From: an uncultured Planctomycetota bacterium | Lineage (GTDB): Bacteria; Planctomycetota; Planctomycetia; Isosphaerales; Isosphaeraceae | DNA length: 64,000 nt | Assembly (NCBI GenBank): GCA_963845755.1 | Contig: CAWJTV010000007.1 | Span: forward strand, 1-64,000 | Direction of reading: 5' to 3' | Part shown: one piece after another, positions 57,063-64,000 of the stretch | Numbering within the stretch: position 1 is the stretch's first letter | How the letters are laid out: every line of letters begins with the position of its first letter | Translations under genes and position numbers: made by a program | The notes under the pieces: model-generated | Told to the model about the DNA's origin: nothing | Seen by the model: only the letters and a program-made list of their open reading frames with translations | Databases searched by the model: none

Positions 57063-57402
57063 TCACTCCGGCGTGAGCGCTTCGTTGAACACCCAGGCCA
57101 ACCTCACGCCAGCCTGATACAACCGCCGTTTCGCCACTGGTAGATTCTTCTCTTGGTACGCATCCCCGAGCTTGGCACCAGGCTTCATCCGCTGGCCCGT
57201 CCCCGGGTCCTGGTAGGCTTCCCGGGCCGCCAGCAGGGATTCCCGTCGCCCAATCCTCGACCGAGCCGCCCTGAGCCTTCTGGCGGGCTTCTGGCGTGTC
57301 CAAGACGGTCAGATCGCCGAGCCGGGTGTCCTCGGTCCGCCCGACGTCTTCATTGGTGCTGGTGTCCCGAGCGCGGTATATGCCGGAGCCCGGCTGATGC
57401 AC
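57063..57402 (-). pseudogene. S1/P1 nuclease C-terminal remnant
   Basis: GSVEDWAT/ESLLAAREAY...LGDAYQEKNLPVAKRRLYQAGVRLAWVFNE. Confidence 0.7.
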
Positions 57403-57516
57403 CTGACGGGGGTATGGTTACCGTCCCCGTCGTGGTGGTATCGCTGAGAGCTAAGAGAGAGCAGGCCAACCACGGCCGCAGCCGTGGCCAGCCCGCCTGG
57501 TGATCGTGCAATGCCA

Positions 57517-57843
57517 TCAAGGTCGGTAGAACCTGTGCTTCCGCACCAGGTGATCTCCGAACGCGAGGCCGCCCCCGAATCCGAAGATTGCCCCCAGCGG
57601 CCCGGCCAGGTTCCACCCCACCGCACCGCCGATCAGCCCCATCGCGATCCTGTACCACGCGCTGAAGCCGTTGAAGAGCTTCCGGCGATCACGACCACGG
57701 ATATCCGGGAAGATCCAGTCGTAGACGTGCCTCGCCCCGAAATCCTGAAACGAATTGGGCCGGACCTGGTACCCGCCGCGGTAATGATGCGGCGGTCGCC
57801 GGCCCGGCCGCTTCTTGCGTCGATTGGGATAAGGTCTTCCCAC
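57517..57843 (-). CDS. small membrane protein
   Basis: Gly-rich hydrophobic C-terminus; follows the 57844 gene directly. Confidence 0.55.
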   Translation of the reverse strand: MGRPYPNRRKKRPGRRPPHHYRGGYQVRPNSFQDFGARHVYDWIFPDIRGRDRRKLFNGFSAWYRIAMGLIGGAVGWNLAGPLGAIFGFGGGLAFGDHLVRKHRFYRP

Positions 57844-58395
57844 TCAAACCCCCTCTCCGGCTGGCGGGATCGCCAGTGCCTCGCGCTCGAGCTGGGTCGG
57901 CTCGTCGCCGAGCAACTCTCCGACCTTGGTCCAGAGCTGGCGGATCTGGGCCGGAGAACAGGCCAGCCAGACGGTGTCGAGCAAACGATCCTTCTCGGCG
58001 CGAAGCTGGAGAATCCGGCGGCCGATCTCGTGCTCGGCCAGCAGCTCGTCCTCGTGAACCGCCTGCCGATGGGAAACAGCCCTGGTGACCTCGGTCTCGT
58101 GGCGGCCGTAATAGACCTCCTCGATCCGGTCGATGTTCACGCCGCGCAACCGAGCGAGCATGGCCCGGTGGGCCTGCCGCTCGCGGCGGTCGAGCTCCTC
58201 CTTGTGGGCGGCGACCTGGTCGAGTTCCGCCTGGAATCCGGCCAGTCCCAGCGACGTCAGGGCACGCCCTCGAGCCGAGACCTTGATCCGGTCCATCAGG
58301 CCCGGGTCGCCAGCCAGGATCGCCTCGATCCGCCGATTGATCTTGACCTCGATCCGGTCGCGCCAATGTGTCTTTTCCGCGACGGTCAAACCCAT
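57844..58395 (-). CDS. hypothetical protein of planctomycete mobile-element backbone
   Basis: MGLTVAEKTHWRDRI...LLDTVWLACSP; operonic. Confidence 0.7.
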   Translation of the reverse strand: MGLTVAEKTHWRDRIEVKINRRIEAILAGDPGLMDRIKVSARGRALTSLGLAGFQAELDQVAAHKEELDRRERQAHRAMLARLRGVNIDRIEEVYYGRHETEVTRAVSHRQAVHEDELLAEHEIGRRILQLRAEKDRLLDTVWLACSPAQIRQLWTKVGELLGDEPTQLEREALAIPPAGEGV

Positions 58396-58454
58396 GTCAG
58401 TTCCTCGCGATGAAGGTGGTTCTGGGTTGTTCTCGACGCCTTCCTGATGGCCGC

Positions 58455-58940
58455 TCAGATCTGGCTAGCGGTCTTGAGCGTGTCGATCAGGTCGGACGCT
58501 TGCTTGAGCGACAGGTCCTCGATGTGTTCGACACCGAACTCTTGACGGATCAGCCCATCAAGGTCCGCATTCTGACGACGGGCGATCGAGCGAATCGCCC
58601 GGATCTGGTTCTCGGTCGCCGGCTTGCGGGCCCGAGGTCGCCCTGTCGGCTGAGGGTCGGTGCGACCGTTGCCGTTGACATGGCCATTGGGGGTGTGAAG
58701 GGGCGGCGATGCCGGCGGGTCCTGCAGCCTCGCGACCGGCGCCTGCAAGCGGGTCAGCTCGTCATGCACAGCCTGATGCGCGGCGACGTAGGCGCTGCGG
58801 ACCCGGGCGTGGAAGCCGTCCAGGTCACGTTCCAGCAGGCCAAAATCCATCTCCAGTTCGAGATTGCACGAGGCCCCGACCGAGCCATAATCCGGCTGGC
58901 TGACCTTGCGCGACACCCCCACGTTCAATTTCAAGGACAT
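58455..58940 (-). CDS. hypothetical protein of planctomycete mobile-element backbone
   Basis: LKLNVGVSRKV.QPDYGSVGASC; ATENQIRAI...LSLKQASDLIDTLK. Confidence 0.7.
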   Translation of the reverse strand: MSLKLNVGVSRKVSQPDYGSVGASCNLELEMDFGLLERDLDGFHARVRSAYVAAHQAVHDELTRLQAPVARLQDPPASPPLHTPNGHVNGNGRTDPQPTGRPRARKPATENQIRAIRSIARRQNADLDGLIRQEFGVEHIEDLSLKQASDLIDTLKTASQI

Positions 58941-59345
58941 CGATGTGGTTCTCCACCGGTTAGGAATTGGATCTGAGCGATCGGAGGTACTGGCTGTGAT
59001 CCCTCGGGATCAACCGGCGGTCTCGACCAGCCGGAGCTGGCGGAGCGACTTGAGGGTCTCGTTGACGAGTCGCGACTGCTTGCGCTGTCGCCTCAGTCCG
59101 GAGATCAGCCGGACCGTCCGGGACCTCGCGTCGGCCAGTGCAACGTGCAGCGACTCGGCCTCCGCGATCAGAGCCGCCAGGCTGATGCCGGGTTGATCGC
59201 TGCCCGCGGGACTGGCGGTCTCAACCGGTCTCGCCGGTGTGTGGCCATTGGCCCCGGCCGCGGTCGCCGAATGGTGGCCATTGGCCTCGGCCGTCCGCGA
59301 CGGGTCGTGACCATTGCGGCGCACGGCCTCGGACGCCGGCCTCCG

Positions 59346-61015
59346 AGGCTGTGATTCTTTGGCGTTCTGTGGTTGTCCAGTTATCAGGCGGGCTCGATCC
59401 CGGTCTGGCCGCCGATGATCTCATCGCGGCCGACCCACCGGACGATTTTCTCAATCAACCCTCCTGGGAGGGCCAGAACACCCACGGATCCGGACTGTTT
59501 CCCCCGATTCGCCTTCAAACCGCTGTTTGGGCCGCCTCAGCGCGCAGTCTCTCCCCGACCACGAGATTATGAGCAATTGCATACAACAATGCGATGATGC
59601 GACAACGCGGCCGACCCCGCACCGGCATCTGCCGCAACCCCCGGTTGCGACATTGCGCGTTGACCCACTCCGCCGTCTGGCCGCGCAGTTTATAGATCGT
59701 CTTGGCCGCCTCGGTCCCCATCCGGATGCGCCAGTTGGCTATCGCCTCCGAGTCCCCTTTCTTGGGGACAAACGGATTCTTGCCTTGTTCCTCTTGCTTC
59801 TTCTGGTTCTTCAGCGGCGCGTACACCGTGCAGCCGCACGCATCGGCCTGCTCGATGGTGTCGATCGTCGCGAATCCCCCATCGACCAATGCCTCGTCAG
59901 GCACATGCTCATAGCGTTCTTTCAATTGATCGAGCATCGTCGGCAGTTGATGGCCATCGGTCCCCTCGTTGGTCACCTCGACACCCGCGATCACCCCGCT
60001 GGCCGTGTCGGTCGCGAATTGCACGTTAACAGCCGGCCGCGTGCCCCCATCGGCCATCTTCATGTCCCGGGCCACGGGATCGGTGGTCGAAGCCCGAGCC
60101 TCCCGGGCCTTGCGGCCACTCTGCTCGGCTGTGGACTCGCGTTGCCGTTGCAACTCCTCGCAGTTCTGCATCGCCTCTTCGATCCGCCGCTGGCGCTCCC
60201 GCGCCGCACGCTCCTGCGCCGCACGCTGCGCCGGCGTGCGCCGGGGCCTCTCATCCTCACCAGGGCAGTCCTCCTGCTCGGCCAGTTTCTTCAGCGCCTC
60301 GACCTGCTGTCGCGCCGCGTCCAGCGCCTCCTCCAAGGTGGCCGCGCGATGGAACGAATCCCCAGCGGCATTGGCCCGGACCTTCATGCCGTCCTGGGCG
60401 ACCCGCTCCAGGGTCACCAAGCCGGCATCCACCAAACTGGCCACGATGTGCGTGAGCAAGTCGTCCCATTTCTCGCCCCCCTGGGAGCGGAAGTCGGACA
60501 ACATGTGGTAATTGACGCTCACCCCGCCGCAGAGCCATTTGTAGGGCAAAGACTCGCGACACAACTCGGCCAGTTGCCGCGCGCTGCCAATCCCTTTGAG
60601 GGTGGCATAGACCCACAGGGCGACCAGCAAGCGGGGGTCGGTGGCGTCGCGACCGACATGTCCCTCGACGGCCTTGATCTCACCCAACCAAGCCGAGAGA
60701 TCCAGGGCACAGACGGCGGCCCAGACCGTCCGCACCGGATGATCGGCTTCGAGCAGTTGATCGAGCGAGGCCCACTGGAACTCGACCTGGTCGCGTTGGG
60801 GGAGTCGCAAGCGGGGCTTGCCCGGGGGCAAGGCCTGGGCCGCTTGGGCGGGAGTCGGCGGCTCGGGCAAATCGTGAGGGTCAAACAGGGGGGATGTCAT
60901 GACGTGGTCCCTGCCAGGCGTGAGGCGCCTGAAGCCGCATGATCCAACTGAATGCGTGGTATTATATCGTGAACACTACCCGGAATCAACCCGGATCCCC
61001 AAAAAATCACAGCCT
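59346..61015 (-). mobile_element. IS1182-family-like insertion sequence
   Basis: TIRs AGGCTGTGATTCTTT / AAAAAATCACAGCCT, CTCCG direct repeats at 59341-45 and 61016-20. Confidence 0.9.
59515..60900 (-). CDS. DDE transposase (IS1182-like)
   Basis: DPRLLVALWVYA, LSDFR, AQDGMKVRANA, STTDP, LVDGGF, YKLRGQTAE. Confidence 0.9.
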   Translation of the reverse strand: MTSPLFDPHDLPEPPTPAQAAQALPPGKPRLRLPQRDQVEFQWASLDQLLEADHPVRTVWAAVCALDLSAWLGEIKAVEGHVGRDATDPRLLVALWVYATLKGIGSARQLAELCRESLPYKWLCGGVSVNYHMLSDFRSQGGEKWDDLLTHIVASLVDAGLVTLERVAQDGMKVRANAAGDSFHRAATLEEALDAARQQVEALKKLAEQEDCPGEDERPRRTPAQRAAQERAARERQRRIEEAMQNCEELQRQRESTAEQSGRKAREARASTTDPVARDMKMADGGTRPAVNVQFATDTASGVIAGVEVTNEGTDGHQLPTMLDQLKERYEHVPDEALVDGGFATIDTIEQADACGCTVYAPLKNQKKQEEQGKNPFVPKKGDSEAIANWRIRMGTEAAKTIYKLRGQTAEWVNAQCRNRGLRQMPVRGRPRCRIIALLYAIAHNLVVGERLRAEAAQTAV

Positions 61016-62276
61016 CTCCGTGTGGATTCATTGCGAACCGGGGCACGACCCTCACCATCGGCTGCCGCGCCCGACTCGATCCGCGTCACGTCCGCGTTCG
61101 CCTCGAGTGGTGACCCGGCCCCCAGGGGCTGGACCGTGAAGACCTTCCGGTCGGCTTGGCAGACGAACGGCGAATCGCCCCCCGCGAAGCCGAACTCCGT
61201 GAGGCCCAGCCGGAGAGCCCGTTCGACGAAGGCACGATTGGTGACGATACAGAGCGGATCGCCCGTGTACCGCGACCGGTTGAGGATCAGCTCCGTGACC
61301 TGCTCGGGATGATCCGCACCACTGGCCCGGACGGCGATCCGGCCGTTGAGGTCCAGGGTCACCGGGCTGTGCAGGTCGTCGCCGCCGGGCAGGCGGTCCA
61401 GCGCCGACCCGAGGAACCGGGCGTCGACCGGGTCCAGCCGCAACCGAGTCGAGACCTCGCCGTCGGTCAGGATGACCCGTTGCAGGTCGGGGAACCGGGC
61501 CTCCTTCTGGATCTCGCAGGAGATCGCCCAGGCCCCGGCGCGGATCAGGACGTGGGTGTCGGTCCGGCCGATCTCGACCGGCTGATCGCGAGGAAGGGCC
61601 CGGCAGGCGAAGATCGGACGGCCCCTGATCAGGAGGTGATCCGACCAGGGAAAAGTGAAGCCCGAGCGGACCAGCCCCTGGCGTCCATCCGTGGCCAGGA
61701 CCTTGCCCTGGTTCCCCTGGAGCTGGATGCAGTTCAGATCGTAGCGCGGCGAGTCGGGGATGCCGATCTCGGTCGCCACGGCCAGGGCGTCCAGCAAGTC
61801 GCCCGGATTCGATGCCCAGGTCGCGGGTAACGCCGGCATCGGCTCCACGCGATCGACGGGCGTGATGATGTTGTACTCCTTGTGCTGTGGGATGCCGCGA
61901 TCATCCCAGCGGACGACGGTTCGATCGGGGGCGACGGATTCGAGGACAACGGGCGAGTCGGCGGGGCCTTCGAAGTCCGCCAGGGCGTCGAGCGGGATGG
62001 CAATACTCGTTGCAGGCCGGTCGCTACCCGGCTCGACGTGCTCGATTGCCAGGTCGCAGTACCGATATTGCGCCCGTAGTTGACCCCCTTCGGCGCGGAG
62101 CACGAGCTCGGAGACGATCCCCCGATGGCTGATGCCCAGGGCCGCGCGGCGGAAGGCGACACGGAGCCGACGGACCTGGTTTCGGGTCAAGGTGATCATT
62201 CAGGAAGACTCCTGGTGGGGTGTATCGTGGTCGATGAATGAAACGAGCTACGGTGACAGGGCTGGTGCTTTGGCGG

Positions 62277-62594
62277 TCAGGTGGGGATGTAGCGGCGCCG
62301 GGCCGGGGTCGGGCTCACGGCCGTTCGCGAGCTGGCCGGGAAGACGTCGCGGTCCTCGAACTCGAAATAGACGTCGCAGCCATGGCACTCGGCCAGGGCG
62401 TTCGAGCCGTCGCGGGATCGGCCGGGATACGAGACCTGGCCGCTGCAGAATGGGCAGTGGACGACCAGGCGGATCTCCTCGGCGACGGGCTCCTCACTCG
62501 GCTCGACCAGGAGGCGGAATCCGAGGCGGCGGATGACGGATAGCGGTTCGCCGGTACGCGCGGCGATCGAACGAATAAGCTGGGTCCGGGTCAT
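62277..62594 (-). CDS. small Zn-ribbon protein
   Basis: MTRTQLIRSIAARTGE...CPFC...CHGC. Confidence 0.65.
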   Translation of the reverse strand: MTRTQLIRSIAARTGEPLSVIRRLGFRLLVEPSEEPVAEEIRLVVHCPFCSGQVSYPGRSRDGSNALAECHGCDVYFEFEDRDVFPASSRTAVSPTPARRRYIPT

Positions 62595-62771
62595 GGTGTT
62601 ACTCCTCCCGGGCCGGCCTGGTGCCCCGCAGCCCGGCGCGCACCCGCCTCCCGGCCAGGGCGCACCGGGAGGGGGCACTGCGGGGCCGGACGCGGGTTGT
62701 GGTTCAGGGTAGTGAACGTAAGGGCGGCCGGATGCCGGCCGCGGGAAGGTCGAACGAAGAAGAGCAGGGTT

Positions 62772-63017
62772 TCAGACGGAGCCGTTCAGCCAGTGGCGTT
62801 CCAGCCAATCGTGCTCGGCCTGCAAGGCCTCGCTGCGACGGTCGAACGGACCGAGCACGGGGCCGCCCCCCGGCGTCAGGTCGGCCCGCCAGCAGCCCTG
62901 GTCGTCGGGCTCGACCTGGCTGGCCCGGGTGATCGTGGGACGGCCCAGCACGCTGAGATCGATCATCTCGTCGTAGATCGCCAGGACCGTACCGTCGGGC
63001 TTGACGAGCAATTTCAC
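62772..63017 (-). CDS. small hypothetical backbone protein
   Basis: IYDEMIDL..LG...ITRASQVEPD...W.ADL....GPVLGPF. Confidence 0.7.
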   Translation of the reverse strand: MKLLVKPDGTVLAIYDEMIDLSVLGRPTITRASQVEPDDQGCWRADLTPGGGPVLGPFDRRSEALQAEHDWLERHWLNGSV

Positions 63018-63232
63018 GATTCAGACTCCGAGGTCGGCGTGTTGCGGAGGATCCGTCGCCGCGGCCGGTCGACCAGCAGGGCGTCGAGCGACGACTGAAC
63101 CCGAGAGAGCTGGGTGGCCACCTGGCTCCGGATCGCGTCGCTGTCGCGCAGATCCTGCGCGCCGACATTTCGTACGGCCCGCTGGGCCTGGGCCACCAGG
63201 TCGTCGAGCTGCTGATTGGACCGGACGTTCAA
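63014..63232 (-). pseudogene. C-terminal part of a backbone gene cut by an IS
   Basis: NVRSNQQLDDLVAQAQRAV...DRPRRRILR; upstream sequence replaced by IS DNA. Confidence 0.6.
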
Positions 63233-64000
63233 CGCCGATTTCCGCGGAGGGGAAACCGACTGACATTCTGATCGGTCTGCACCGAGATCTGTAGGGGATC
63301 GCCCCGGTCGTTGTCAGTTCCTTCCTCGCCCTCGGTTCCGTCGCCCGTCAGGTACAGAGCCGGCGATGTCGTGATGGCAGGGGCCGATTCTTCCGCGATT
63401 TCACCGCGATTGCCTTCGAATGACCGCCGGCCGCGAGTAACCTGGCCCTCGGCTCGTCTCTGAAAACCGACTGACAACCCGAGGGAGCACCGGTTATGGA
63501 TGACACCCAGTACCGGGAGTTCTTCGCCCGGCCCACGCAGCCGTATCACCGCCGTTACGAGGCCCTCCGTGCCGTGTTCCTCGACGGCCGTTCGCAGAAG
63601 GAGGTCGCCGAGCAGTTCGGCTACCGCTACAGCGCGCTGCGGCAGTTGGTCTATGAGTTCCGACGGCACGGCCGAGACCCTGGTGATGCCTCCCCCTTTT
63701 TCGAGAGCGGAAGTGCGGGCGCCCAGCCGCGTCGAGCACCGTGGCGCCGTCGCGAGTGAACGAGGATACCGAGCCCGAGACGGCCGAGGTGGCGGACCGC
63801 CAGCAACTGGTCTTATCCGGCACCGATCCCTTGCGGCTGAAGACACGCGTCGCGGGCTTGTTCCTCTTCCTCCCGCTGTTGGCACGCCTGAGGTTCGACG
63901 AGTTGGTCCATCAGGCTGGCTACGCGGGGTCGCGCATGGTCCCCGCCGACGCCGCCCTGCTGAGTCTCCTGACGCTGAAGCTCCTGGACAAGGAGCGGCG
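63233..64000 (+). mobile_element. IS element left end (partial): HTH orf 63496-63759 plus transposase start ~63756 running off the window
   Basis: HRRYEALRAVFLDGRSQKEVAEQFGY HTH; next ORF AGLFLFLPLL...SLLTLKLLDKER; repeated GAAACCGACTGACA near 63252 and 63463. Confidence 0.7.

Larger units (their letters stand above)
59010..62199 (-). pseudogene. beta-clamp-like/hypothetical backbone gene split by an IS
   Basis: Removing 59346-61015 and one CTCCG restores ...NESTRRPASEAVRRNGHD... in frame; ATDG and FPD motifs. Confidence 0.75.

Overview
High-GC Planctomycetota-type window (Isosphaeraceae-like: planctomycete ECF sigma/Ser-Thr kinase pair, LEDRxLLS secreted protein, DUF1580). Many conserved genes carry single-base frameshifts, most likely long-read consensus errors. 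Bases 1-12.1 kb are housekeeping genes: Phd-like antitoxin, dedA, exbD/exbB, ilvC, ilvN, a GldG-type ABC export cluster and an oxidoreductase. At tRNA-Arg(ACG) (12164-12237) a tyrosine-integrase island begins; no attR was seen in the window. The first part of the island (~12.3-34.6 kb) is the most unusual. Two convergent paralogous Rep_1-like proteins that lack the HUH motif, each preceded by an AT-rich patch with an AACGGGGGG hairpin, bracket a DUF1580 gene, a RecQ gene between ~170-bp direct repeats, a full-length but catalytically dead ISKra4-like transposase, and a co-oriented run of ParB, a degenerate helicase, a ~450-nt structured leader, a group-II-like non-intron reverse transcriptase (RVADD) and a HIRAN protein. 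A 17-bp palindrome (CCGGACA-N3-TGTCCGG) recurs six times across this part. Downstream lie a beta-helix secreted protein, an ECF/kinase-TPR pair with a decayed ECF copy, and an intact IIA/ML group II intron inserted in the terminal inverted repeat of an IS4-like MITE. These are followed by two TIR-FGE (CLec) paralogs with DGR-target-like ends flanking a DUF72/SRAP-like/Y-family polymerase cassette, and a block of planctomycete mobile-element genes interrupted by two IS elements. All family assignments come from motif recognition by eye; no database searches were run.
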